From an uncultured bacterium (GTDB lineage: Bacteria > Auribacterota > Tritonobacteria > UBA1439): 60,600 bases of DNA. The DNA is taken from assembly GCA_964460305.1 (NCBI GenBank), contig CAYWRA010000003.1, positions 1 to 60,600 on the forward strand, given 5' to 3'. The position numbers and the translations under genes were made by a program. Below are positions 1 through 9,511 of this stretch, one piece after another. The notes beneath the pieces are model-generated. The model did not search any database. It was given only the letters and a program-made list of their open reading frames with translations, and was not told the origin of the DNA. The first letter of the stretch is position 1. Each line of letters opens with the position of its first letter.

Positions 1-91
1 CGTAATGCGACATCAGGTTCCGAAGGGACTTGCGGAATGCCGGGTGATCGTCCAAGACCATTGTGCGTAATCTATCCATGATGGCGCTCAT
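1..91 (-). CDS. Response regulator receiver-domain protein, 5' fragment (runs off the window edge)
   Basis: Manual translation from the ATG at 91 gives MSAIMDRLRTMVLDDHPAFRKSLRNLMSHY, a receiver beta1 'hydrophobic-DDH' start. It lies downstream of a two-component pair. Confidence 0.6.
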   Translation of the reverse strand, partial: MSAIMDRLRTMVLDDHPAFRKSLRNLMSHY

Positions 92-461
92 GGTAAGGAT
101 TATCGTCAGCTATGTAAATACTGCCCAGGGGGGTAATTTATGCTGAATGAAGGGGGTATTTTAGAAGGTGGATTTTCAAACGATTAAGGACGTTACTTCT
201 TTAACGAAAAGGAGATGCAATAAGGATCTTTTCTGAAAAACTTTGTTTTCAGTCTGTGGATTAACAAGCATGCTCCCCTATTGGCGAGAAGGTGTGAAAA
301 AGCGACATTTTGTCATCGCGAGAAGTCCGGTTGGGCAGAATAATGCTTAAAATTCCATCTGCTCGAAATGACAATTCGTTGAGGAGAGCGCCTCTACACA
401 AAGAGGCGCGTGCGACGCTGCGGCGGGACCGGACCTATGCTCCTTGCGGAGCAAAGCATCC

Positions 462-1112
462 TTATTCGGGAGCGGGGCCGAGATTATGCCTGCACGCAAA
501 TGCCACCAGGTCGGTGTGTTTGCGTAAGTTGAGCTTCGCCATTATGTTTCTTCGATGGGTCTTGACCGTGAGCACACTGATGTGGAGCCTCTTGGCGATT
601 TCGGCCCTGCTGACCCCTCTGGCGATCAAACTCACGATCTGCCTCTCCCTGCCCGAGAGTTTGCATGTGTCGACTTTTTTCTTCATCGACTGAGGGGTCA
701 TGAGCTCTTCCGCCACGATGTCGGAAAGCGCCGGGCTGATATACCGGGTCCCCGACATGACTTTTTCAATCGCAACGACGAGTTCCTCGACGGCGCCGTC
801 TTTTAGAAGATACCCCGATGCCCCCAGGCGGATGGCTGAAGTGACAAAGCGCTTGTCCCTGTGCATGGAGAGGACGAGAATCTTTATCCGCGGGAGGAAC
901 TCGAGAATCTGGGATATGGCCTCAAGCCCGTTCAGGCCCGGCATGCTGATGTCCATTATAATAAGGTCGGGCTCGTATTGCCGGGCGTGCTCTATCGTCT
1001 GAATCCCATCCCCAACCTCACTGACGACGGCATCGGGGAGGTATTTTTTGATAATGGCCGCGAGTCCCGCCCTGATGATCGAGTGGTCGTCGGCCAATAG
1101 TATTTTCTTCAC
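462..1112 (-). CDS. NarL/LuxR-family DNA-binding response regulator
   Basis: KKILLADDH, DLIIMDISMPGLNG and GASGYLLK receiver motifs; LSGRERQIVSLIARG...TVKTHRRNIMAKL LuxR HTH. GTG start at 1112 follows a GAGGGGGG RBS. Confidence 0.93.
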   Translation of the reverse strand: MKKILLADDHSIIRAGLAAIIKKYLPDAVVSEVGDGIQTIEHARQYEPDLIIMDISMPGLNGLEAISQILEFLPRIKILVLSMHRDKRFVTSAIRLGASGYLLKDGAVEELVVAIEKVMSGTRYISPALSDIVAEELMTPQSMKKKVDTCKLSGRERQIVSLIARGVSRAEIAKRLHISVLTVKTHRRNIMAKLNLRKHTDLVAFACRHNLGPAPE

Positions 1113-1158
1113 AAATCGACCCCCCTCGGATGCAGAAATCCCAAATCCCAACGTCGAG

Positions 1159-1250
1159 AATGATAAATACCGAATGACAAATTAATTGCAAATGACCAAA
1201 TAACAAAACCTCATGGTGTTTTGACATTCGGTATTTGTCATTTGTCATTG
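1159..1250. repeat. AATGACA/TGTCATT heptamer-repeat hairpin (copy 1 of 3)
   Basis: caaatgaccaaat...ctcatggtgttttgacattcggtatttgtcatttgtcatt; homologous to 46392-46532 and 54217-54310. Confidence 0.8.
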
Positions 1251-1253
1251 TTA

Positions 1254-2453
1254 TCAGTAGGTGACCTTGGCTTCCACGACAGTCCCCTTCCCCGGCCGGG
1301 AACTGATTCTCAGCGTTCCGCCCACCGAATCGATCCTCTCCTTCATCCCCAGGATCCCCATGCCCTTGTTGTTCGCCAGGCCGGCAATGTCAAAACCATT
1401 GCCTGCATCCTGGACCCTCAAGATAACGGAGTCGCCCTTCTTGCGGAAACTCATATTTGCTTTTGTGACGCCTGCATATTTAATGAGGTTCGTGACGGCT
1501 TCCTGCGCAACTCGGTACAGCACTATCTCTTTTTGGGGTGTGAGCCTATGATCCATATCCTCCCATGTAAATTCAATCTCCAGCCCGCTCAGTTGTTTAA
1601 TGGATTCGATCTCTTGCTGGAGGCATTCTTTCAGTCCGAGATTGTCCAGCATCGCCGGGCGAAGCTTGACCGACATCTTGCGAACGTCGTCCATGGCCCT
1701 GTCCGTGAACTGAATCGCATCTTCCAGTTCCTGCTGGATCGATCCATCAAGTTCGGGGTGATCCTTTTTGATCATCCCGAGGGTCAGCTTGATGGCGGTC
1801 AAAACCTGTCCGACCTCGTCGTGAAGCTCTTGGGCGATCCTTCTTCTTTCATCCTCTTGACACTCCATCAACGCCCTCGAAAGCTTCTCGAGCTGCTTGG
1901 CTTCATCCGCGCGTTTACGCTCCGTGATGTCCCGAATGATCCCGAAAGACCCCAGAAATTTCTGTTTTTTAGTCTTGGGATCCTCTCCCCATTTGCCGCA
2001 CGAATGTATCTCGGCGCTGCAACAGCCGGGCGACTCCTTCCCCCTGTTTTTCAAGAGAATCCTGACCTCGAGATTCTTCGTGCCCCTGTTTCCCGTCCGC
2101 CGTTCATCGAACAGCTTCGGCGATCCCGTATCGCCCGTCGCCCGTCCTTTGCACATCCGCAATACCCGCAGCCGGCTCACGGCCTTGAGATCGTGGGGAT
2201 GCACCATAACGCCGAAGTTTTTCCCGATAAGCCTGCTCGGCTCATATCCCAACTGCCGCACGGAGTCGCTGATAAAAACGAATCGTCCGCGCGAATCGAG
2301 CAGATAGATTATGTCAGGGATCGTCTGGACGATGATGCTGAATAACTCCTCGTCTACCGTCGCTTCCCTCTCGGCAGCCTCCAGCTTTATCATCCGCCGA
2401 CGGAGCGTCTCCACCTCCCGCCGCAATTGTGACTTTTCTCTGCCGTCTTTCAT
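1254..2453 (-). CDS. PAS-domain sensor histidine kinase (NarX/UhpB-like, HisKA_3)
   Basis: PAS (IPDIIYLLDSRGRFVFIS), H-box ERRRIAQELHDEVGQ, N-box QEAVTNLIKYA, G-boxes DAGNGF and GMGILGM. Confidence 0.92.
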   Translation of the reverse strand: MKDGREKSQLRREVETLRRRMIKLEAAEREATVDEELFSIIVQTIPDIIYLLDSRGRFVFISDSVRQLGYEPSRLIGKNFGVMVHPHDLKAVSRLRVLRMCKGRATGDTGSPKLFDERRTGNRGTKNLEVRILLKNRGKESPGCCSAEIHSCGKWGEDPKTKKQKFLGSFGIIRDITERKRADEAKQLEKLSRALMECQEDERRRIAQELHDEVGQVLTAIKLTLGMIKKDHPELDGSIQQELEDAIQFTDRAMDDVRKMSVKLRPAMLDNLGLKECLQQEIESIKQLSGLEIEFTWEDMDHRLTPQKEIVLYRVAQEAVTNLIKYAGVTKANMSFRKKGDSVILRVQDAGNGFDIAGLANNKGMGILGMKERIDSVGGTLRISSRPGKGTVVEAKVTY

Positions 2454-2559
2454 CTTATGTCTTTATCAATAAGCCTAGTTTGCCCAGGGTGTTTCCGGCC
2501 GGGTGAAACGCGCCTAATATTATATCATTATCCAAGGCCCTCATCACTACTACAGTGAA

Positions 2560-2706
2560 AACAGTTTCTCGTTTCTGGTTTCGGGGACAAGAAACAATCT
2601 GTGCGTAGCAGAGTTCATCCCCCGAATGGGCCGCTATGGGGCGCGGTTAAAATTAATCTGGGGTTTGTTCCTCTGTGATCTCCCCCCAAGGGGCCCCTTC
2701 GGGGAG
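2560..2706. repeat. Composite non-coding repeat element, homologous to 31210-31345
   Basis: The block aacagtttctcgtttcYggtttc..acaagaaaYaatctgt is shared with 31210-31252. It is followed by ggttaaaa..aatctg..gttt..ctctgtg and a CCC(C)AAGGG-CCCTTCGGG palindrome. Confidence 0.7.
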
Positions 2707-2713
2707 TGCCTTC

Positions 2714-3601
2714 TCAGTGGGCCCTGTGATGGTTAACGCAGAAGGCTTTCAGCCCGAGGATTGGGGCCGCGCCGACATAGTAGAGAATGGATTTTCCCAT
2801 CTGGACGACGTTGATAAGCCTGTGCTCTCTGACGACGTATTCATCTCCCATGCCGTCGGCACTCCTGATAGAAAGCGTGGTATTGAACGTATAATATCCG
2901 TCATACTTCGAAAAGACGAGCCTCTCCCCGCCATCGGGAGACGTAAGCCTATGCCGGCGGATATCGTTCCATGGAATATCGGGGAGGCGCTTCGCATCCC
3001 AAGCCACCGCCTCGGCGACCCCGTTCCCGGCCAGCGATGGATCGATCCTGACCTTCCACGTTTTCGCGTTCCAACGAGAAGGCGCCTCCCACTGCCACCT
3101 CCACGATCGCGGCTTGTCACCGGGGCAGTAGACGAAGTTGACGTACGCCGTGAGAACCCCATCTTTTTCCCATGCGACGTACGAGAACCCATACGAGAGA
3201 TAGCTTCGATCGAAACCGGGGGGCATGAAAAATTCCCGCTTTTTTCCGTTCAGGTAGTCGAAGAGGTAAAAGTCCGGCGTAGCTTGCCCGTTTTTGAAAC
3301 GCCTATTCCATTGCGGGGAATAAAGGACAAGGGATGCAAATGGAGAGACGGAGAACGCATCTGCCCTCGCGATACGGCGATGTTTCCTACTCCCCCTGTC
3401 GTAGAGGCAGAGGTCATGGCCTTCCCGAAAGCCGAGCAGGAACGGATAGTAGCGGAGCCGATCCGTCCGGTACACCACTCCCCTGCCGTCGTTCGTGAAC
3501 GAGTACTCATCCACGTTCACTTTGTATCGCGGTCCCGGGATAACCGTCCCGCAGCCGGCGAGTATCACAATGCTCATGACTATCGGAAGCGCATATCTCA
3601 T
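2714..3601 (-). CDS. Hypothetical lipoprotein, possibly TolB/PD40 beta-propeller-like
   Basis: Signal peptide with lipobox LAGC (MRYALPIVMSIVILAGCG); beta-rich aromatic sequence with an SPDGGERLVFS motif. Confidence 0.6.
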   Translation of the reverse strand: MRYALPIVMSIVILAGCGTVIPGPRYKVNVDEYSFTNDGRGVVYRTDRLRYYPFLLGFREGHDLCLYDRGSRKHRRIARADAFSVSPFASLVLYSPQWNRRFKNGQATPDFYLFDYLNGKKREFFMPPGFDRSYLSYGFSYVAWEKDGVLTAYVNFVYCPGDKPRSWRWQWEAPSRWNAKTWKVRIDPSLAGNGVAEAVAWDAKRLPDIPWNDIRRHRLTSPDGGERLVFSKYDGYYTFNTTLSIRSADGMGDEYVVREHRLINVVQMGKSILYYVGAAPILGLKAFCVNHHRAH

Positions 3602-3651
3602 ATCAATAGACCTACCCTGCGAGTACGTCACATAAAAGCTATCGAGCTATC
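3549..3651. repeat. 103-bp perfect direct repeat, copy 1 (leader plus lipoprotein signal peptide)
   Basis: Identical to 5306-5408 by direct comparison. Confidence 0.95.
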
Positions 3652-3663
3652 GAGCAATCGAGA

Positions 3664-5358
3664 TCAATTATATTGGGATTTGGGGTTTGGGATTTGGGAT
3701 TTTATCTGCCCCAGGAACGACACCCCATCCATGTTCGCACCCGCGATCCGGTCGCCATGGCCGAGATAATCCAGGATCGTAGGCGCGACGTCCACGGTGC
3801 GGACCGGGCCGAACGTCCCTTTTCGTATGCGAGGCCCGGCGATGACGAGCGGCACGAGCATCTCACCCTTGAGAAAACCGCCGTGGCCGCTCACGTTGGC
3901 CTTTTCAAAATCCCAATCGTCCGCAGAGACGATGAACAGGTCGCCGGAATAAGGGCTATCAAAAAGCGAGGGGAGCTGTGCCACGACATCGGGGTGGGAA
4001 GCGGCGCAGGTGGCGTCCAACCAGTCGCGCGAGGCGTGGAAACCGCCGTCCATGAGCGCCGAGGCAGCCGGAGTCCCGCGATATCCAAGCGGGTCCTCCC
4101 CCTCCAATACCTCGTACGCAAAGAGCGCTTTGTCCCCCACCCCCTTCCTCTCGATACGGCTCTCACCAGCCTCGGTAAAGATAGCGATCTCGTCCTTTCT
4201 CGGCCGCCCGATCACAAAGCAGATCCCCCTCGTCCGTTTCAACCTATCGACTAGATCGACCGCGCCGCGCGGCGTATGGTAGCGCCGCAACTCTTCCCAA
4301 GGCGGCTGCTCCGTCCACGATCCGGCCTGCTCCGGCGGGACCCAGCGCCCCGCGGGGTTGTGCCGCACGTAGAGCGAGGCGTTCCTGCCATTATTCGCCA
4401 CGATGATGGAAAATTTCCGGTAGTAACACTGCCTTTCCGCTATCGACCTGGAACGATCCACTCGGGATGCGCTATCCAGGACGGGAAGGCCGAGCTCCTC
4501 TGAGAGACGTTTTTCCAACAGCAGATAATTCTCCTTCTTAAGAAGCGTATGCCCGTGGTCCGCAACCATGATCCGGCATACGCTGTCGAGAGCGCCGTTC
4601 CGCGCGAGCGCTTCCATCAACTCGCCGATGGACCCGTCAATCTTCTTAAGATGCTCCCTGGCCTCTCTGGAGAACGAGCCGTGGGCGTGAGAGACGTGAT
4701 CCAGACCCGGGAGGTGAATGAACGTCAGGCGTGGGAAAACCCCTTCCCTGTTCGCGCATTCCACAACGTCCCCGAATTCCTCCATAAAAACCTCGTCCAC
4801 CTTCGCCCAGTTATTGAACATGCAATTGCGCATACCGATCAGGTTGTAGTACATGGAGATGTTATACGTACTCCCCCTGCTCGACCGGTTGCATACGCTC
4901 ACCGTCATCTCGTCTCGGAGAAACTCGAAGAGCGTCCTCCTCTTCATGTATTCGTTCGGGGTATAAAAATCGCTGACGGAAAAAACCTCGTTTCGCCGCA
5001 GTCGCGCCCGATCGAACCAGCGGTTCCCGATGACGTCGACATGCCCAGGATAAGCGCCGCAGATGATCGAGGCTACCGCCGCAGTGGTGATCGATGGGAC
5101 CGCGCTCACGGCGCATCCCGCGGAGCTGCCGCAATCGACGAAATATTTTTTGATCGCTGGAAGCTCGCCGGCGCGGACCATTTCGTCAAACAGATCCAGC
5201 CTACACCCATCGACGAGTATAAGGATGACGTGCCTTCCGTCGACGAGGCAGTTGACCTTGAAATCGACCGGATAGTCGCTCGACCGCACCCGCCCGGACC
5301 CCATGCCGCAGCCGGCGAGTATCACAATGCTCATGACTATCGGAAGCGCATATCTCAT
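3664..5358 (-). CDS. AlkP-superfamily (NPP/phosphodiesterase-like) lipoprotein
   Basis: Lipobox LAGC; ILILVDGCR, PSITT (Thr nucleophile), LPGLDHVSHAHG, VADHGH and SGHGG metal motifs. Confidence 0.85.
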   Translation of the reverse strand: MRYALPIVMSIVILAGCGMGSGRVRSSDYPVDFKVNCLVDGRHVILILVDGCRLDLFDEMVRAGELPAIKKYFVDCGSSAGCAVSAVPSITTAAVASIICGAYPGHVDVIGNRWFDRARLRRNEVFSVSDFYTPNEYMKRRTLFEFLRDEMTVSVCNRSSRGSTYNISMYYNLIGMRNCMFNNWAKVDEVFMEEFGDVVECANREGVFPRLTFIHLPGLDHVSHAHGSFSREAREHLKKIDGSIGELMEALARNGALDSVCRIMVADHGHTLLKKENYLLLEKRLSEELGLPVLDSASRVDRSRSIAERQCYYRKFSIIVANNGRNASLYVRHNPAGRWVPPEQAGSWTEQPPWEELRRYHTPRGAVDLVDRLKRTRGICFVIGRPRKDEIAIFTEAGESRIERKGVGDKALFAYEVLEGEDPLGYRGTPAASALMDGGFHASRDWLDATCAASHPDVVAQLPSLFDSPYSGDLFIVSADDWDFEKANVSGHGGFLKGEMLVPLVIAGPRIRKGTFGPVRTVDVAPTILDYLGHGDRIAGANMDGVSFLGQIKSQIPNPKSQYN

Positions 5359-5408
5359 ATCAATAGACCTACCCTGCGAGTACGTCACATAAAAGCTATC
5401 GAGCTATC
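5306..5408. repeat. 103-bp perfect direct repeat, copy 2
   Basis: Identical to 3549-3651. Confidence 0.95.
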
Positions 5409-5479
5409 AAGCTATCGAGTCTTCGTCCCAACACCCCACGCCTCACGCCCTACACCGCTTGGCATTTGTCACTTCCAAA

Positions 5480-8221
5480 TCACTGTTTCATCATCTGCTT
5501 CAGCAGCTCTTTGGATACCCCTTTTAGCATCTCGCGATTGGCGTCATTCCCCGTCGTCCCCTCGCTTTTTTTCTCCTGCTTTGGTTCGACGGCCCGGTCG
5601 ATTTTCTTCTCGATCTCTTTTCGGAGCCGCGCAGCTCCGATTTCGGCGGCGCAACTCAGTATACCCTTCCTGGCCGCTTCGGCGTCCACATGCGGATGGC
5701 CCAGGGTCCCACCAATCGGTATCGGGAACGGCACGGTTATCCATCCGCCGTCGTCGGGGAAATACGGTTCGAGCTGATTATAATAATCGGAGCCCTTCGG
5801 GAATGAGATACGGCCGCTCAGGTCGAGGGTCCCGCCAGACCCCATCTCACCCGAGAGCAAGAGCCGGAGCGGAGCGGGCTTCTCGGTAACTTCCAGCAGC
5901 ATGTTTCCCGTCCCCCAACGCTCCCCTTTGAGAGTGAAGTCACCCTCGCATTTGGACAAACTCGTTTCAGCGGGGGCTTTTTTAAGAAGATCTCCCATCG
6001 AGAGGAACTCCTTGCACTTGGCTTCCTCGCCGAGGAGGACAAAGAGAGGGGCGATCTCCTGCATCAGGCCGATGGTACGCAACCGGCCCTCATGGATCGA
6101 GAAACGCCCCTTCGCCTGGATGCTCTTCTCTATCGAAGTCCATCCCCTCCCGGCCCCCGACGCGGCGCATTCCAGCGAGAGCCAGCCCGATAGCGCATCC
6201 GAATAGCCGTAGAGGTCCGAGAGGAGCGGAGAGAGCTCCACGCGCGCGGCAGTGCCGTCGATCGCGTAGCGCGGTTCGGTCCCACCCATGTCCGCGGTCA
6301 GTTTCCACGTGCTCTCCCCCCCGTAGAGCGGCAGTGAAAACTCGTTTATGCTCAAAATGCCTTTCGACATGACGATCTTCCCTCGCCCGTCGCGCGCCCT
6401 AAGCTTCCCTAGCCGCAATTCTCCGCACGATATCCTCCCCTTGCCTTCCAATTTCGTCAGGAATGGAGGCGCCGCTAATTGCGGCGCCTGCGGCTCCGTA
6501 GGCGCCGCCTCGGCCGTGGAGGCAAAAGAGATTCCGGGGAACCGCAATGCCTCTTTCTTCACCGGGGAAGCCGCAACAAAATCCGAACTATCTATGACGG
6601 GGAAATTGAATTCGCAGTCGAAGGCGGGCCACTTTTTCAGATCGAAGCTCAGGAACCCCTCACCACAGCTCGATCCGACGCGCACGGTATTCAATCCCAG
6701 CCTCGCGTTCCCATCCGAGGCGGTACAAACGGCATCGCACATTATCGGCTTCCCGAAGCCGGCGAGCTTGAGCTCTCCGCCCGTGACCCTCACGCTGCCG
6801 GAGACGGTTGCGGAGCCGAGCGGCCGGTCAAGCGATCGTTCGAAAAGAACGTCTACGTCCCCCTTCCCCGAGGCAATGATGTTCTGGGCCAACACACTAT
6901 TCAAACCTTTCAGATCGGCGCCGTTCGCCGTGAAGCGCGCTTTTAGTGCGTGCGTTCCCGCCGTCTGGAGAGAGCCATCCGAGGCGAGCCGCAGGCCGTC
7001 AAGGAGCATGGTCGCTCCCGTCCATTGGACGTCCGCGCCCTCACGGCGGAGAGGTATCTTAAACTCCGCGCTGCTTCCCGCGCGCTTCTTGACGTGTGCG
7101 CCATACGACAAGCCGCTCTTGCTCAAATCCATGTCCAGATTGACGTTGAAATTATCTTTCCTCCCATCTATCGCGGCGCTGAACGTCGAACTGCCATCGA
7201 GCGATAGGTCGGATATCCTCAACGTCCCGATCTCATTCCATGGTAAATCCCTGGCCGTAATTTTCAGCCGCGCCTCGGGATCACGCCCGAGGGACAGGAG
7301 CGATCCGCTCATCCCCAGGTGGCCACCGAAAAATTCCGCGTCGATCTTCCTGATGTCCCACATCTTTTCCAGGTATGAGCCTTCTCCCCGAATATCAACG
7401 TTCATCGCCAGGCCGCGATTGGGCGTCACGTATCGTTCTCCATAAGACAACCGGACACCATCTACGGAGAGCTTTGCCTGGAATTGTAGTTTTTTCCCAA
7501 GCCATCCCGAGACCGCCACTGGGCCGGACAGCGAACCGCCCGTTACGTTCATTTCCTTAGTCTCTTTTATCGCACGAGCCAGATCGTCGAGGGGGGCATC
7601 TGCGATCCTGGCTTTCACGGCGAGATACGGAAGCGCCCCTTGAGCAATGTCCGTCGCTTTCAAATCCACGCCTTCCAGTACGGCCTGCCGGCCCCAAGTA
7701 GGATCGGAGATCGTGATGGAACCATCGCTGATGCGGAGACGTGAAATGGAGAACCGTCCCCCCCCGCTTTTCTCACCGGCGGCGGTTTTTCCGGCGCGGT
7801 CATGCGCGGCGGCGGGCTTTTCCTTGCGGAGCAACCCCTCGACGTTCCACTTGCCGTCCTTGTCGCGGATGAGTGCGAGCCTGGGCCGCGTTATCGAGAG
7901 CGAACGCAAGCTCAACGACTTCCAAAGGAGGGGGATGATTCGAACCCTGATAAGTATCTCGTCCGATTGGAGGCATGGGGTACGGCCGTCCTTCTCGAAG
8001 AGGGTGAAATCACGGACGCGGAAGCCGACGCCGTAGAGCAGCGATGGAGACACCGATGAGAACGACACCTTCCGGTCGAGGCCCTTTTCGAGTTCCTCCC
8101 GCGCCTGCTGAAGGAACCAGCCGGACCTTACCGTAATGGTCAGGGCGATCGCCGCGGCTAAAAAGAGCGCGAAGATACAAGCGCCTATAATAAGCATTTT
8201 TCGCATGGATGGAAGTCTCAA
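5480..8221 (-). CDS. AsmA-family (AsmA/TamB-like) envelope protein
   Basis: N-terminal TM anchor, then ELEKGLDRKVSFSSV and LSLRSLSITRPRLALIRDKDGKWNV (AsmA N-terminus), followed by long amphipathic beta-taco-like sequence. Confidence 0.8.
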   Translation of the reverse strand: MRLPSMRKMLIIGACIFALFLAAAIALTITVRSGWFLQQAREELEKGLDRKVSFSSVSPSLLYGVGFRVRDFTLFEKDGRTPCLQSDEILIRVRIIPLLWKSLSLRSLSITRPRLALIRDKDGKWNVEGLLRKEKPAAAHDRAGKTAAGEKSGGGRFSISRLRISDGSITISDPTWGRQAVLEGVDLKATDIAQGALPYLAVKARIADAPLDDLARAIKETKEMNVTGGSLSGPVAVSGWLGKKLQFQAKLSVDGVRLSYGERYVTPNRGLAMNVDIRGEGSYLEKMWDIRKIDAEFFGGHLGMSGSLLSLGRDPEARLKITARDLPWNEIGTLRISDLSLDGSSTFSAAIDGRKDNFNVNLDMDLSKSGLSYGAHVKKRAGSSAEFKIPLRREGADVQWTGATMLLDGLRLASDGSLQTAGTHALKARFTANGADLKGLNSVLAQNIIASGKGDVDVLFERSLDRPLGSATVSGSVRVTGGELKLAGFGKPIMCDAVCTASDGNARLGLNTVRVGSSCGEGFLSFDLKKWPAFDCEFNFPVIDSSDFVAASPVKKEALRFPGISFASTAEAAPTEPQAPQLAAPPFLTKLEGKGRISCGELRLGKLRARDGRGKIVMSKGILSINEFSLPLYGGESTWKLTADMGGTEPRYAIDGTAARVELSPLLSDLYGYSDALSGWLSLECAASGAGRGWTSIEKSIQAKGRFSIHEGRLRTIGLMQEIAPLFVLLGEEAKCKEFLSMGDLLKKAPAETSLSKCEGDFTLKGERWGTGNMLLEVTEKPAPLRLLLSGEMGSGGTLDLSGRISFPKGSDYYNQLEPYFPDDGGWITVPFPIPIGGTLGHPHVDAEAARKGILSCAAEIGAARLRKEIEKKIDRAVEPKQEKKSEGTTGNDANREMLKGVSKELLKQMMKQ

Positions 8222-8317
8222 CTTGATCCTCCTGAGGAAAAAGGTATACTAGGGAACGCATGATAGCAAAATTCGGGGGCCGATGATAGGGGGGGGCCAC
8301 AGATAACCACGCGGAAC

Positions 8318-8365
8318 CGTCAGGGTCAAACCTCATCTATTGACAGGTTCATTAAATTTCACCGC
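8318..8365. repeat. 48-bp perfect inverted repeat, left copy
   Basis: cgtcagggtcaaacctcatctattgacaggttcattaaatttcaccgc is the exact reverse complement of 10640-10687. Confidence 0.95.
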
Positions 8366-8651
8366 AGAGAACGCGGAGGAACGCAGAGAATAAGTTTTTT
8401 GCCGCAGATTAACACGCCCCGCCCCGTCCCAAAGGGATCCCGTTGGGAAAGGGGCTCCATTGGGGGATAAACGCGGATTTTTAGGAGGCACATGATAGGG
8501 ATCAGATATTCACAAAGAGTAAAAGAGAAAGCTAGGAGCCACTCTCTCTGACCCTCCATAATCGCTTTTTCTTAATTTATCTTTCTCTCTTTTACTCCTT
8601 GTAAAACAATTGCATTGCTTTCTCTGTGTTTCTCAGTGTTCTCTGTGGTTA
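8366..8651. repeat. Nested palindromic repeat cluster upstream of tRNA-Leu
   Basis: Contains CCAAAGGGATCCCGTTGGG palindromes, an inverted pair cacaaagagtaaaagaga / tctcttttactccttgt, and ctctgtgtt..ctctgtggtt modules. Confidence 0.7.
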
Positions 8652-8663
8652 CACATTACTCGC

Positions 8664-8750
8664 GCCGCAGTGGCGGAACTGGCAGACGCGCAGCACTCAA
8701 AATGCTGTATCCGCAAGGATGTGTCGGTTCGACTCCGACCTGCGGCACCA
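8664..8750 (+). tRNA. tRNA-Leu (anticodon CAA)
   Basis: Acceptor stem GCCGCAG/CTGCGGC with encoded CCA; anticodon arm CAGCA-CTCAAAA-TGCTG; long variable arm; GGTTCGACTCC T-arm. Confidence 0.97.
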
Positions 8751-9119
8751 CAACTACAGTAACCACAGTTACGGGTTTCTGGTTACCGGATACTCATTTT
8801 GTATTTCTCAGTGACCTCCCCCAATGGGGCCCCTCCGGAGAGTATCCTCTCAGTGGCCTCTGTGGTAAAAATCACTGTAGTTTTAATCGCAATCCGTACG
8901 AATCCGTGAAAATCTGTGGTAAACAACTGCGGTAAAGTTTCGCAAACCTGACGCTTCAGGGGACTTTCCGGCTGGTTTCTTCGTGGGACAGGATTGTGGC
9001 CCGCGGCAAGGAAATTACAGGGGCGTTTACAAACAGATATGTATCCTCTCTATCCGCCTCGATAATCTCCTCTCTTCGCGCTCTTTCCCGAAGGGACCCC
9101 CTTGGGGCGTGGTAAAAAT

Positions 9120-9285
9120 CAGCTTTCATCTTCATTGTCGTTTGGAATGCGCGGGGCAGCTACACAACCTAAGCGCGATGCGTTTCGGGGTAGGCGTGCA
9201 GGTACCCCGCGCCGGTTGATGTCTTGTTACTATCGCTCTGGGGCACAAACAACTTCAGAGCTCGCCCTATTCTCGGGGGGATATT
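9120..9285 (-). ncRNA. Candidate structured ncRNA (long interrupted hairpin, possibly 6S-like)
   Basis: Nested stems GUUGUUUG/CAAACGAC, GCGCGGGG/CCCCGCGC, CUGCAC/GUGUAG and GCCUA/UAGGU; G-U wobbles favour the minus strand; no credible ORF. Boundaries are approximate. Confidence 0.3.
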
Positions 9286-9511
9286 CTCATAAGGCGGGGC
9301 GGAGATTGTCATGGAATTGCAAGAAAATTGTAAAATTTTAGGACACCTGGACAATTTCCTGCGCGGCAACAGGTTGGGCATAACCGGCTGTAATCTCCAG
9401 TAAAACCACAGAGGCCACTGAGAAGGCACTGAGGAATAAACAGCAGATAATTTTAACCACGCCGTAAAGGGGCGTCTGTGGGGTGTGGTTGTATATTAAT
9501 ATTGAGATTTC

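Noticed and set aside
3637-3703. Short tandem repeats as a possible CRISPR array
   Set aside because: The units are 7 nt with no unique spacers, and no cas genes are present.
1221-5889. Long plus-strand ORFs (374, 364 and 446 aa) and similar antisense ORFs across the window
   Set aside because: These are shadow ORFs of GC-rich minus-strand genes and have no recognisable motifs.
8935-8985. c-di-GMP-I riboswitch-like GCAAACC..GGGAC..CCGGCT
   Set aside because: It lacks the GNRA tetraloop and the GCAAAGC segment, and no downstream gene follows.
8664-9510. Prophage or genomic island integrated at tRNA-Leu
   Set aside because: There is no integrase and no duplicated tRNA 3' end in the window; the same holds for tRNA-Ala.
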